64,000 bases of DNA from Candidatus Bathyarchaeota archaeon (GCA_963701045.1 OY969560.1:871144-935143); one strand, 5' to 3'; counted from the first letter of the stretch, positions 9,362 through 19,953 are shown. Program-made: numbers and translations. The notes: generated by a model not told the origin, from the sequence alone.

Positions 9362-10060
9362 TTACCCCTTCGAATAAGCTAAAACTATTGAAAGCAAAAT
9401 TTTGGAGCCGTCAACCAGCGGATCCACGCCTGATCTGCCGTATGTCCGCTGCTGAAATGTAATCGGTACCTCGGTGACTCGGAAATGTTTTTTGGCTGTC
9501 TTTACAAGCATTTCAGACTCTATTTCGTATCCGCCTGATTTCAGCTTTTGGCTTTTCAAGACATCACGTGTCATAGCTCGATAACCTGATTGGCTATCTG
9601 TTATTGCAACTCTCGTTAAAAGCTCAATAAAGTCGTTGAAGATTCGCACACCAAAAGCGTTGAGTTTTCTAGCGGCAACATGCTTTTGTTTTAGGTATCT
9701 TGAACCAATCACTAAGTCAGCTTTGTTTTGTAGAACTGGTGCCAAAACTTCATCAAGTTCTTCGGGCCAGTGGGAACCATCTGAGTCAATTGTAATTATT
9801 ACGTCACCTTTTGACTTCAGAAAGCCCGCTCGGAGGGCATAACCTTTGCCTAAATGTTCTTTCAATGTAAAAAGTCTAATTTTGTATTTTTTAGCTATCT
9901 GAAGCGATCGGTCATACGAGCGATCGTCCACAACAAGAATTTCGGTTTGTATGCCGATTTTCTGCGTTGCTTTCTTAGTCCGCTCGATTATGTCGCCTAT
10001 AGTGGATTGCTCGTTGTACATGGGAATTATTATGGAAAGCAGCATTTGAGGTTGCTTCAC
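9362..10060 (-). CDS. GT2 family, DPM1-like (polyprenol-phosphate glycosyltransferase)
   Basis: SIIIPMYNE, VVDDRSYD, GKGYALRAG, IDSDGSH, GSRY, TDSQSGYRA, EVPI. Confidence 0.9.
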   Translation of the reverse strand: MKQPQMLLSIIIPMYNEQSTIGDIIERTKKATQKIGIQTEILVVDDRSYDRSLQIAKKYKIRLFTLKEHLGKGYALRAGFLKSKGDVIITIDSDGSHWPEELDEVLAPVLQNKADLVIGSRYLKQKHVAARKLNAFGVRIFNDFIELLTRVAITDSQSGYRAMTRDVLKSQKLKSGGYEIESEMLVKTAKKHFRVTEVPITFQQRTYGRSGVDPLVDGSKILLSIVLAYSKG

Positions 10061-10147
10061 TTAGCTTTTAGATGCCAATGGAAGACCTTATAAAGTTTGG
10101 CACAGCAACTCTGTAAGCAAACTAAACCTAAAGAGCTTGAACCCCAC

Positions 10148-10690
10148 ATGGAAACCGCCACCAAAGTTTATTCAGACAGAAAAATGTGGTTTTCAATGTG
10201 GTTCCTGGGGGCAATCGTGACTTTCGGAGCAGCTTTCTTTCCAATGTATTACCGTCTTGTACAAGGTAGAAACAAACATTTCCAACATGACAATGAGTGG
10301 AGAGAACAAATTTCAGTGTACCTGAAAAAACACGGCAAAGAGGCACCTGCAGTAAACGAAAGATTGTTGGTTCGTCATGCAAAGGTGTGGGCTGCAAGCA
10401 TTATTCTGATCATACCAAACTTTGTCATCTTGTATTTACTGTCAAAGGATTTAGCTGTGCATGAACATAAGCAGGATACTTTTTTAACGACGGCTTTCCC
10501 AGAACGGCTGTTCATGCCTCAAACAATACCGATAAAAACTTATGTTTTAATCACAATTGTTACTTTGGGTGTCGGCGGAATTTACTGGCTATATAAAGTT
10601 GTTAACTTATATAATGCCCACTTTAAAGCACAGTCTCTGGTTGAAAAAGAAATAGGCAGACTAATGGAGGAACAAGAAGTTGTCGAGTAA
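10148..10690 (+). CDS. Membrane protein (DUF4234-like, two internal repeats)
   Basis: Repeated IVTFG...YYRL..RNKHF / IVTLG..GIYWLY..YNAHF units; overlaps cobD start. Confidence 0.55.
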   Translation: METATKVYSDRKMWFSMWFLGAIVTFGAAFFPMYYRLVQGRNKHFQHDNEWREQISVYLKKHGKEAPAVNERLLVRHAKVWAASIILIIPNFVILYLLSKDLAVHEHKQDTFLTTAFPERLFMPQTIPIKTYVLITIVTLGVGGIYWLYKVVNLYNAHFKAQSLVEKEIGRLMEEQEVVE

Positions 10691-11795
10691 CTGCAAAGAA
10701 CGCAGATTTATCAGCCATGGAGGAGATATCTGGGGTTTCAGCCGAAGATGTAATGTTCCCATAGAAGAAGTGCTTGAATTTAGTGGACCCATAAACTTTC
10801 TTGGACCATCACCAAAAGCTGTCGAAGCCGTCAAAGATTACGCTAAATACATAAAATACTATCCTGACCCAAATCCGATTGAATTCAAAGAAAAAATCGC
10901 AAAATACGTAGGGCATGGTGTGGCAGCGGAAAAGGTTATTTTAGGCAACGGCTCCATCGAGCTAATTTACGCCATATCCGAAGTTTTGCCAAATTGTTTT
11001 AATGCGGTGATTCCTGTGCCCTCTTTCTCCGAATATGAGAAAGCTGCGCTCCGCGTAGGTGGCAAAGTGATTTTTGTCCAATTGCCAGAAGATTTCTCGC
11101 TTAACAACGAGGAAATAAAAAAGGCAGTAACGAATGAAACAAGAATCTTATGTATATGTAACCCCCACAGCCCATCTGGAAAACTTTACAGCAAAGCAGA
11201 GCTGACGGATCTTTTGGATTTCTGTGAGAAACGGGATATCATTTTTAGCGTTGACGAGAATTATATCGAGTTTGCTGATAAAGGAGACGAAAACACTTTA
11301 GCAGGTTTGGTTAACGAGTACGAGAACCTTTTTGTTATTCGTTCAATCACCAAATTCTATGGCATGGCTGGTATACGTTTCGGCTACGGGTTGGCTTCAA
11401 ACAGTTTAGTTAAGAAGTTGGAGGATGTTCGTTTGCCATGGAGCATTAATGGCTTAGCCTGTTTTGCCACATTGGCGGCGTTTAACGACAAAGAATTCAT
11501 TAAAAACACCAAAGTTGTCATCGCCGAAAACCGACTTGAACTTGCTAAGGAGCTTGGTGAAATTGATGGTTTGTATGTTTACCCGTCCACAACCAACTTC
11601 CTGCTTGTCAAAATCCAAAAAGGCAAAATCACCAGCACCAAACTGAAAGAAGCCCTAACTAACCAAAGAATCCTTATTCGTGACTGCTGCACGTTCATGG
11701 GTTTAGACGATCACTACTTCAGAATAACCATACGCTCGTCCAAAGACAATCTAAAACTAACAGAAGCCATTGCAAGAATAATGAAAGATAATTAG
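10680..11795 (+). CDS. cobD: L-threonine-O-3-phosphate decarboxylase CobD (class I/II PLP enzyme)
   Basis: N-terminal HGG, YYPD, GNGS.ELI, PSFSEY, CNPHSPSG, DENYIEF, RSITKFYGMAGIRFGY, ILIRDC. Confidence 0.8.
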   Translation: MSSNCKERRFISHGGDIWGFSRRCNVPIEEVLEFSGPINFLGPSPKAVEAVKDYAKYIKYYPDPNPIEFKEKIAKYVGHGVAAEKVILGNGSIELIYAISEVLPNCFNAVIPVPSFSEYEKAALRVGGKVIFVQLPEDFSLNNEEIKKAVTNETRILCICNPHSPSGKLYSKAELTDLLDFCEKRDIIFSVDENYIEFADKGDENTLAGLVNEYENLFVIRSITKFYGMAGIRFGYGLASNSLVKKLEDVRLPWSINGLACFATLAAFNDKEFIKNTKVVIAENRLELAKELGEIDGLYVYPSTTNFLLVKIQKGKITSTKLKEALTNQRILIRDCCTFMGLDDHYFRITIRSSKDNLKLTEAIARIMKDN

Positions 11796-11951
11796 AAGAA
11801 ACTAAATGAAAACATCTTTTAGTTTAAGAGCTTAAGTAAATCGAATAAGGCGTTTTTAAATCTTGATTTGAGTAATCTTAGTTTGGTTGGGTTAACTAAA
11901 CCAGTAAAGTGCCAAAATGTGTTGAGATGAAGCTAAGTCTATTTCCTTTAT

Positions 11952-12206
11952 TTACCTGTATTTCAGTTTCAGCGCCAAGATTGCAACACTTTGGATAAGA
12001 GCCAAGGAGTTTGCAAGAATGATCGCTATATCTTGGCGAAAAAACCCGTAGATGAACCATAAAGAGACGCCACCGCAATAGAGCGTGAACATCAGAGCTG
12101 AGATGTCTTTAGTTGATTTTGTCCTGTAAATCTTCATTAGCTATGGCAGAAGGCACATGGTTGTGAAAGCTGCGGCAATTAATCCTAAAACCGTTATTGA
12201 GTCCAT
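11952..12206 (-). pseudogene. SemiSWEET/PQ-loop sugar transporter with an in-frame TAG
   Basis: MDSITVLGLIAAAFTTMCLLP*LMKIYRTKSTKDIS...LWFIYG...IILAN; TAG at 12141-12143 replaces the Gln of the PQ motif. Confidence 0.85.
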
Positions 12207-12506
12207 CATACTATTGCATCTCAATTAACATTCGATAACATTTCATATTTAATTTGAAAATTTATTTTTGAAGAATCCATTGGGAAAAAAATTCTTCTGT
12301 CAGAGTAGGAACGTCAGGATTTCGTAATCATAATGTTAATAAAATCGGTTGATCCAATCCAATTGTAGAGCGACTTTCTACTACAAGGTCTAATTGAGAT
12401 TGAGTGTGATGGGAAAAACAACAAGTTTTTCAAAAAGGTTAAAACCTAAGAAATCATGCCGAAACCGCAAATCAACCCATAACCCGCAATACCTAAAAGT
12501 GTTACT

Positions 12507-14687
12507 GTGATTAGTCCAACAGTGCGGCAGGCTATTAGCCGAGGGTTAGATCGAAGAAAATTTTTGAAGCTATCAGCAATAACGGCTGGAGGCGGCTTGG
12601 CGGCAATTGTTTTTGCAAGCTACGTTGAACATGCAGGGTTCATGGTTAACGAAGTAAATGCACTACTAAATCCGAATAGACACGTTAATTTCGCAAGAAA
12701 TGGTTAACGCTTTTGACACGCTTCAGCAAACATTTTAGACCCACTTAGCATTCCAAAATTTGAAAACCAGCTAACTTCTCCGCCAATCGTTTATCAGCCG
12801 ACTGTTATCACTAGTCAAGGCACAGTTATTAGACATGAATACACAGTAACCATGGCTAGTTTTAAAGAACAGATCCTTCCTCCATCTATGAATCTATTCA
12901 CTGAAGTTTGGGGTTATGGCGGTGAGGCTATTGATCCATTAACCAAAGAGCCTTTAGGATTCATGCAAAGCAGCCCCGGACCGACCTTTGAAGCAATCAG
13001 AGGCATACCGATTAAGGTCAAATGGCAAAACAATATCAGCACACAATACATTTTTCCAGTAGATCCCACAATTCACTGGGCAAACACTAAAAACGATCCC
13101 ATGCCAACTCCGCCTTTCCCTACATATCCCCCAGGATTCACAAACTTTCAAAGCCCAGTTCCATTGGTAACTCATCTTCATGGCGGAGAAAACCAATCGT
13201 ATTCAGATGGTGGCCCTGAACAGTGGTTTACTGCAGAGGGAACGCACGGGTCAGCATATAGCACTGTTGAGGAGACTGATTCAAATGCTGCAGTTTACTA
13301 TTATCCCAATGCACAACAACCTACGACTCTTTGGTATCACGACCATGCCTTAGGGTTAACCCGTCTAAATGTGCAGTCAGGGTTAGCTGGTTTCTATATT
13401 ATTCGAGAGCTAAAAATAGAAAACGATAAAGTTGCCCCCATTTTGCCGACTGGAAAATACGAAATGCCTCTTGTTATCCAGGATAGAACATTCAACACTG
13501 ATGGCTCATTGTACTATCCAACTGTGGGGTCTGTCGCTGCTAATCATCCCTATTGGGTTAACAGTTTTCAAGGTAATGCAATTATTGTAAATGGCAAAGC
13601 TTGGCCCAACATGAACGTTGACAAAGCACAATACAGGTTCAGGCTTTTAAACGGATCAAACTCACGTTTTATTAACATTAACTTATCAAACGGTCAATCA
13701 TTTATCCAGATTGGAACGGATGGAGGCTACCTAAAAGCGCCCGTAACGCTCACTTCCTTAGCTTTGGCACCTGCTGAAAGAGCTGACATTATAGTTGACT
13801 TCTCTAAATTGCCGTCTGGAACAAAAATCGCAGTTCAAAACACCTCTTTGCTTACGAGCAGTAACGAAGAAAAACAAACATTGGGGCAAATAATGCAGTT
13901 CACCGTTACTGATGCTAATGGACCAACACCATTCAGCATTGCCTCCTCTCCATTACCCTTCAACCCTACATTATCAACAGCTACTTTTCCTACTTTACCT
14001 AATCCTAGCAAGCAAAGAATTCTAACATTATACGAAGTCATGGATGAACAAAACAATACGCCCTCTCAAGCGCTTCTGGACGGGCAGAACTGGGACGCTG
14101 AAATTTCAGAAACTCCTCAGCTTGGCACAACTGAAGACTGGATAATCGTTAACACAAGCATGGATGCACACCCGATTCATCTTCATTTAGTCCAGTTTCA
14201 GCTTGTCTCGCGCCAACCCTTTGACAACACAAGCTATTTAAAAGAATGGATAAAACTAAACGGTCAACCCCCATTCAACCACCCCACAAATAACGTAAAA
14301 TCCCTCTCCAATTATTTGACAGGCACCATAACCAATGCTCAACCAGAAGAGCAAGGCTGGAAAGACACTCTGACTATTTACTCAGGCGAAGTTGTAACAC
14401 TAAGAGTGCGTTTTGCTCCACAAGACGGCTCCAGCTATACCTTTGATGCTACAAAAGGACCAGGATACATTTGGCATTGCCACTTGCTAGAACACGAAGA
14501 CCACGAAATGATGCGCCCATATATAATCTACTCCACGGTGGCTAATTATCCCATAAAAACAGCTCTTGTTATCGCTGTGGGGGCAGCAACTGCGGCAACC
14601 ATACTAATAGTTTATAACCAAAAAAGAAAAAAACAACAATCCCAAGAGAAAACTGCTGAACAAGGCAACGTTGTGAGTGATGATTAA
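12507..14687 (+). CDS. Multicopper oxidase (CotA/bilirubin oxidase-like) with Tat signal and C-terminal membrane anchor; interrupted near 12675-12720
   Basis: DRRKFLK twin-arginine signal in the 12507 ORF, in the same frame as the 12852 ORF but separated by TAA/TGA. Cu motifs THLHGG, WYHDH, HPIHLHL, WHCHLLEHEDHEMM; hydrophobic C-terminal helix followed by KRKK. Confidence 0.88.
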
Positions 14688-14902
14688 ACTGGAGATTCTT
14701 GTATAGTTTTATTATTATCTAGGCGTTATCAAACGTTTGATTCGTAATTTCTCTCTAAAAACAAAAAACGGAAACATACAACAGAAAGGTTGTTTGAAGT
14801 TAGATGTTGACGATTGATGGAAACTTTGCTACGAGAAGGTTTAAATAAATACTGTTTCATTTCGTATATGCTTTCAATTTAATTAACGGATGAAAATTTA
14901 GA

Positions 14903-15391
14903 ATGTCACAAGAATATCGCTATATACTACGTATCATGGGTACAGATGTTCAAGGTACCTTGAAGACTTCTTACGCAGTTGCACAGGTAAAAGGCATAAG
15001 CCTTAGCCTATCAAATGCAATTCTCAAAAAAGCAGGAGTAAACCCTGACTTACGAGTAGGCTACTTGGTCGAGTCTGACCTTTCAAAAATTGAAGAGGTC
15101 ATAAAAGACCTGACTAAATTTGGGATGCCAACATGGATGTTTAACAGGCGAAAAGACTCGGAAACGGGAAAAGACAAGCATCTTCTAAGTGCGGATTTAG
15201 TTTTAAGAACAAAAATGGATATTGACGAAGCCAAAGACATAAGGTCTTGGCGAGGATACCGCCATGCTTACAGCCTCAAAGTTCGAGGTCAACACACAAA
15301 AACCACTGGCAGAGCCGGCAAAGCTTTAGGAGTTAAGAAGAAGACCCTTATGCAGAAACCTGGAGCAGCCCCAGCAGAAGGAGGCAAATAA
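14903..15391 (+). CDS. rps13: 30S ribosomal protein S13 (uS13)
   Basis: YILRIMGTD, WMFNRRKD, SWRGYRH...KVRGQHTKTTGR. Confidence 0.97.
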   Translation: MSQEYRYILRIMGTDVQGTLKTSYAVAQVKGISLSLSNAILKKAGVNPDLRVGYLVESDLSKIEEVIKDLTKFGMPTWMFNRRKDSETGKDKHLLSADLVLRTKMDIDEAKDIRSWRGYRHAYSLKVRGQHTKTTGRAGKALGVKKKTLMQKPGAAPAEGGK

Positions 15392-15393
15392 AT

Positions 15394-15987
15394 ATGGGCG
15401 ATCCAAAGAAGCAACGTAAAAAATTCGATACGCCACGTTTCCGATGGCGAAAAGACATCCTTCAAGAAGAACTAAAACTTCTGGGTCAATACGGCTTACG
15501 TAACAAACATGAACTCTGGCGTCATAAAACAACCCTTTCAAAAACCAGAGGTATTGCACGTTCACTAATCAGCAAAACAGCTGAAGAACGAGCAAAGACA
15601 GAATTCGAGCAAGTTACAAAGCTCAAGAAACTTGGAATTCTACCAGATACCGCAGTGTTAGATAATGTCTTAGACTTAACCATCGAAGACATTTTAGAAC
15701 GCAGATTACAAACCATAGTGTTCCGCAAAGGCTTAGCAAGAACAATTTTCCAATCTAGACAACTAATCACACACGGTCACGTAACCATTGACGGACGCAG
15801 AGTCACAGTGCCAGGTTTCATTGTTCCAAAAGCAGACGAGCCAAAAGTAGTTTACTCACCAGAGAGTGCAGTTGCAGCTCCAGCACACCCACTTAGACTT
15901 GGATTAACCGTTGTAGCAAAGCCACCTGAAATTAGGCAACCACAGCGTGGCGGAAGACGAGGCGGACGCGGAGGCGGAAGATTTTGA
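15394..15987 (+). CDS. rps4: 30S ribosomal protein S4 (uS4)
   Basis: [42 protein letters not shown]. Confidence 0.97.
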   Translation: MGDPKKQRKKFDTPRFRWRKDILQEELKLLGQYGLRNKHELWRHKTTLSKTRGIARSLISKTAEERAKTEFEQVTKLKKLGILPDTAVLDNVLDLTIEDILERRLQTIVFRKGLARTIFQSRQLITHGHVTIDGRRVTVPGFIVPKADEPKVVYSPESAVAAPAHPLRLGLTVVAKPPEIRQPQRGGRRGGRGGGRF

Positions 15988-16391
15988 GCGCTCCAAGCAA
16001 CAAACGTAGTGAAAGATGGGGTATAGTTCACATCTTCAGCAGCTATAACAATACATTGATTCACATAACTGACATAAGTGGCGCAGAAACAATCTCCAGA
16101 ACCAGCGGCGGTATGTTCGTTAAAGCCGACCGAATGGAATCTTCACCGTACGCAGCTATGCGAGCAGCAACAGGCGCAGCTGAAGTGGCTCGAGACAAAG
16201 GAATTACAGCTATCCACATCAAAGTCAGAGCACCCGGCGGTAGTGGACCGAGAACTCCCGGACCAGGAGCACAAGCAGCAATCAGAGCACTGGCAAGATT
16301 TGGCTTTAGAATTGAACGCATCGAAGAAGTTACGCCAATTCCACATGATGGCACAAGAAGACCCGGTGGCAGAAGAGGAAGAAGAGTCTAA
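15984..16391 (+). CDS. rps11: 30S ribosomal protein S11 (uS11)
   Basis: [41 protein letters not shown]. Confidence 0.97.
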   Translation: MSAPSNKRSERWGIVHIFSSYNNTLIHITDISGAETISRTSGGMFVKADRMESSPYAAMRAATGAAEVARDKGITAIHIKVRAPGGSGPRTPGPGAQAAIRALARFGFRIERIEEVTPIPHDGTRRPGGRRGRRV

Positions 16392-16458
16392 ATTATTCCC
16401 CCTTTTATGTTTAATGAGTAATGTTAAAAGCGACATATGTTTGGAGTGTTTGCGGCAA

Positions 16459-17274
16459 GTGAAAATTGAAATCTTGGAAAAAAATGATACTAACCTCCGT
16501 GTAGTTGTTAAAGACGCGGATGTTCCGTTAATGAATGCTTTACGGCGAATAGCACTTGCTGAAGTTCCATGCATGGCAATTGAAGAAGTTGTAATGATTG
16601 AAAACAGCTCAATTCTACAAGACGAAATGATTGCCCATAGACTTGGACTCACACCCCTAAAAACTGATTTAGATACCTATAACCTTCCAGAAGCATGTGA
16701 ATGCCAAAGTGAATTCGGTTGTCCAAAATGCAGAGTAACACTCACATTGGACGCTGAAGCAAAAGATGGAACAAGAACAGTGTATTCAGGAGAAGTAATC
16801 TCTGAAAACCCGGAAGTCGTTCCGGTCTCCGATAAAGTCCCAATTATTAAACTTGCAAAGAACCAGAAACTAAAGCTTGAAGCTTATGCGCGGCTGGGAA
16901 GAGGCAAAACGCACGCAAAATGGCAGCCCGTTTCTATGTGCGTTTACAAGTATTACCCGAAAATCACTCTTCCGGCAGAGAAATGTGAAGATTGCTCAAA
17001 ATGCGTTGATATTTGCCCAAAGAAAGTCTTTGTAATAAAAGATGATCAAGTTGATGTCAGAGACCTTTTGGGATGTAACCTTTGTATGGACTGTGTCGAA
17101 GCTTGTCCAAAGAAGCCTTCACCTTTAAAAATAGAGTGGGAAAAGAACCAGTTCATTATGACACTTGAATCTTCAGGTGCCCTTCCTCCTGAACGTGTAT
17201 TAAAAGAAGCAACGAAGATTTTAGGTCAAGAATTAAACGAAATTGAAGAACTATTAAAGGCTGAACAGCAATGA
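16459..17274 (+). CDS. rpoD: DNA-directed RNA polymerase subunit D (Rpo3) with ferredoxin-like domain
   Basis: GTG start at 16459; NALRRIALAEVP, ENSSILQDEMIAHRLGL, HAKWQP, CEDCSKCVDIC and CNLCMDCVEAC. Confidence 0.96.
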   Translation: MKIEILEKNDTNLRVVVKDADVPLMNALRRIALAEVPCMAIEEVVMIENSSILQDEMIAHRLGLTPLKTDLDTYNLPEACECQSEFGCPKCRVTLTLDAEAKDGTRTVYSGEVISENPEVVPVSDKVPIIKLAKNQKLKLEAYARLGRGKTHAKWQPVSMCVYKYYPKITLPAEKCEDCSKCVDICPKKVFVIKDDQVDVRDLLGCNLCMDCVEACPKKPSPLKIEWEKNQFIMTLESSGALPPERVLKEATKILGQELNEIEELLKAEQQ

Positions 17275-17633
17275 GAGAAACAAAAACCACAAACCCAGAA
17301 TTAATCCAATTAATTCAAGTTCTTAAAAAAGAAAGCAGAGAAAAACAAGCAGCAATATGGCATGATATTGCTGAGTACCTGTCCAAAACAAATAGCCAAC
17401 GTATCTCAGTTAATTTAAGCACTATAAACCGAAATACAAAACGCGCAGACACAGTTATAGTTCCAGGCAAAATCTTAGGTTCAGGCAGTATAGACCATGC
17501 TATAACTGTAGCTTCATTTGCTGTTTCAGAACAAGCAAAGGCGAAACTTGAATCTGCAAAAGCAAAATACTTAACCATTCCAGAACTCTTAGAGAAGAAT
17601 CCTAAGGGCACAAATGTAAAGATTATTCGGTGA
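17271..17633 (+). CDS. rpl18e: 50S ribosomal protein L18e
   Basis: TNPEL, VNLSTINR, VPGKILGSG, NPKGTNVKII. Confidence 0.96.
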   Translation: MRETKTTNPELIQLIQVLKKESREKQAAIWHDIAEYLSKTNSQRISVNLSTINRNTKRADTVIVPGKILGSGSIDHAITVASFAVSEQAKAKLESAKAKYLTIPELLEKNPKGTNVKIIR

Positions 17634-18088
17634 GTAAAATGCAAACAACAAAAACATCATCCGCCACTTTGGTAAATGCTGAAGGATTAATCGTTGGCAG
17701 AATGTGCAGCAAAGTAGCCAAGCGGCTATTAAACGGCGAAGACGTCATCATATTAAATGCTGAAAAGGCAGTGTTCTCAGGTAAAAGAAAAGCCAAAATT
17801 TTAGAAGGACATATATTCCTTGAAGTTGGCGCTCCAGAACGCGGCCCATTCCATTATAGGCGACCAGATAAATATCTGAGAAAAGTCGTAAGAGGAATGG
17901 TTCCTTACAAGCAACCTAAAGGGAAAGCCGCTTACAAACGTCTCAGAGTCTTTATGGGTGTACCAAAAGAACTCTTCGGTCAAGAAATGATCACTTTCGA
18001 AGAAGCCTCATCAGCCAACCTAAAAGGGCCACGCTTAACACTTGGCGAATTAGCTAAAGAAATCGGATGGAGAAACAGGATGGAATAA
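17630..18088 (+). CDS. rpl13: 50S ribosomal protein L13 (uL13)
   Basis: GRMCSKVAKRLL, GPFHYRRP, VRGMVPYK. Confidence 0.96.
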   Translation: MSKMQTTKTSSATLVNAEGLIVGRMCSKVAKRLLNGEDVIILNAEKAVFSGKRKAKILEGHIFLEVGAPERGPFHYRRPDKYLRKVVRGMVPYKQPKGKAAYKRLRVFMGVPKELFGQEMITFEEASSANLKGPRLTLGELAKEIGWRNRME

Positions 18089-18090
18089 TT

Positions 18091-18501
18091 ATGCCAGCAA
18101 AAAAAGTTTTAGTAGTTAGTGGAAAAAGAAAAACCGCAGTTGCCCGAGCGATAGTCAAACAAGGCAACGGTAAAGTGCGAGTAAACATGACTCCAGTTGA
18201 AATTTACGAGCCAGACATCGCGCGAGCAAAAATTATGGAACCATTACTGCAGGCAGGTCCAGAAACATGGCAGCAACTAGATATGGATGTTAAAACCAGC
18301 GGTGGAGGCTACATGGGACAGGCAGAAGCAGCAAGAATGGCAATCTCAAATGCTCTTCTCAAATGGACAAAAAGCACACATCTTCGCACGGTTTTTAGCG
18401 AATATGACAGAACAATGATCGCCGGAGACAGCAGAATAAAAGAGACAAAGAAAGTCGGCGGAGCAGGCGCAAGGTCAAAGGAACAGAAGAGTTACAGGTA
18501 A
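18091..18501 (+). CDS. rps9: 30S ribosomal protein S9 (uS9)
   Basis: [26 protein letters not shown]. Confidence 0.96.
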   Translation: MPAKKVLVVSGKRKTAVARAIVKQGNGKVRVNMTPVEIYEPDIARAKIMEPLLQAGPETWQQLDMDVKTSGGGYMGQAEAARMAISNALLKWTKSTHLRTVFSEYDRTMIAGDSRIKETKKVGGAGARSKEQKSYR

Positions 18502-18517
18502 GGAGAGAAAAAACAGA

Positions 18518-18748
18518 ATGATTATTCCCGTAAGATGTTTCACCTGCGGCAAACTGGTTGGAGACAAATGGGAAGAATTCACAAGGCGCATCAAAACAGG
18601 CGAAAACGCAAGTGACATACTAGACAGCTTAGGAGTCAAACGCTATTGCTGCAGACGCATGCTGTTATCCAACGTGGAAATAGTGGATGAAGTTCTACGT
18701 TTCTACGAAGAAGCAGAAAAACGCAAAGAAGCAAGAAGCTTCTACTAA
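18518..18748 (+). CDS. rpoN: DNA-directed RNA polymerase subunit N (Rpo10)
   Basis: [21 protein letters not shown]. Confidence 0.97.
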   Translation: MIIPVRCFTCGKLVGDKWEEFTRRIKTGENASDILDSLGVKRYCCRRMLLSNVEIVDEVLRFYEEAEKRKEARSFY

Positions 18749-18800
18749 ATCCCTTTTAACCAATTCTTTGCATTTATTTTCAATTTAAGCGTGAGTTTGA

Positions 18801-19358
18801 CTAAATTATATCTTCTTTAGTTTCCTCTCTGCTGAAACGGTTTTCTAGCCATGTAGCAGCCCACTTATCAACTAAGATGTCTAAGAGACTTGACTGATAG
18901 GCAACCAATATTTTTGCAATTTTATCTTCATCTTTAATTGTATAGACATTTTCATATCCGACTTTTGTTCTTTCAACAATATGATTATCCAACAAAGTCT
19001 TTAGATAGAAAGAAACTGTTGAAGTCGGCATCTTGAATTTGTCAACGATAAATCTGTACTTTGCTTTCTTTTCGACTAAAAGTGTTAGAACAATTTCTCT
19101 AATTCTTTTCTGTCTTAAGATTGACAGAATCTTTTTGTCTTCAGGATCAAGTGGGCTACAGTAGTATCGGGTGTAATGCTCAGCTTTCTCTTCAACTATG
19201 ATATTTCTCCGGGACATATAATTCAAATGATATTGTAAACTAGCTAAAGGAATATCTAAAACACGTTGAAGCTCTCTTATGTGCAATCCTGGATTCTTCT
19301 TAATATTTGAGTAAATTTTTTGTCTTCTTTGGTTTTCCAGGATTTCTTCTTTAAACAT
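18801..19358 (-). CDS. Double winged-helix transcriptional regulator
   Basis: RRQKIY..I..NPGLHIREL.R.L...LQYHL, second HTH STVSFYLKTL. Confidence 0.85.
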   Translation of the reverse strand: MFKEEILENQRRQKIYSNIKKNPGLHIRELQRVLDIPLASLQYHLNYMSRRNIIVEEKAEHYTRYYCSPLDPEDKKILSILRQKRIREIVLTLLVEKKAKYRFIVDKFKMPTSTVSFYLKTLLDNHIVERTKVGYENVYTIKDEDKIAKILVAYQSSLLDILVDKWAATWLENRFSREETKEDII

Positions 19359-19364
19359 TATTGT

Positions 19365-19658
19365 TTAGTCCTTCAATGCTCCTACTAGGATGCATAACAG
19401 CGCTACAGAGTCTAACAGAAGATGGTATCCTGTTGTAAACTCTGAATTAAAGTCAGGGCTTAATAATTCAGTTATGGCGAGTAATGCATGAATGAAGAAA
19501 AGTCCAAACCCCACAGAAAGTAGCAGTGTTTTGGTTCTACGGACGCGTATATAAGCTAATAGAGCAATTACGAAAATAATTGTTGTAACAATCAGGAATA
19601 CGATTCTTCCCACATATGCAATAAACGGTAACTGTTGTAACGCCATCGGTAGCAACAT
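19365..19658 (-). CDS. Small 3-TM membrane protein, co-transcribed with the regulator
   Basis: Hydrophobic helices, AYIR.R..K.LLLSVGF pattern; 6 bp from the regulator. Confidence 0.7.
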   Translation of the reverse strand: MLLPMALQQLPFIAYVGRIVFLIVTTIIFVIALLAYIRVRRTKTLLLSVGFGLFFIHALLAITELLSPDFNSEFTTGYHLLLDSVALLCILVGALKD

Positions 19659-19892
19659 CGTTTAACACCTCAAGACTGAGCTAAGAACTCTGCTCTATGT
19701 GCTTATATGTTTTTTAGAACAAAATCCATATGATTACTTTGGTCGACATGATTGATCATTGAATTTAACTTATTGAAAATATCTATTCTTTATTATTTTT
19801 CTTGATTTATAATACAATACCGCGATTTAGAATACGGTTAAAACTAGGTTTTGGGACAAATTTAATATGCATCTCTCCGATGTTTGTGAGGA

Positions 19893-19932
19893 GAGCTTGC
19901 GGTTTATTCATCAATGTTGAACCGCTAAGCTT
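19893..19932 (+). promoter_or_regulatory. 5'-UTR stem-loop upstream of beta-propeller gene 1
   Basis: AGCTT-GCGGTT...AACCGC-T-AAGCT arms between a TATA-like TTTAATAT (19861) and the AAGGAGAA RBS. Confidence 0.55.
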
Positions 19933-19953
19933 AAAGAAAAGGAGAAAAAGACA

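Noticed and set aside
12141-12143. Genome-wide TAG recoding or pyrrolysine
   Set aside because: TAG is the evident stop of several genes (e.g. 11795, 26070, 29228), and only one clean in-frame case was seen.
16078-16458. 127-aa N-terminal extension of RpoD in the ORF track
   Set aside because: It overlaps rps11 out of frame; homology starts at GTG 16459.
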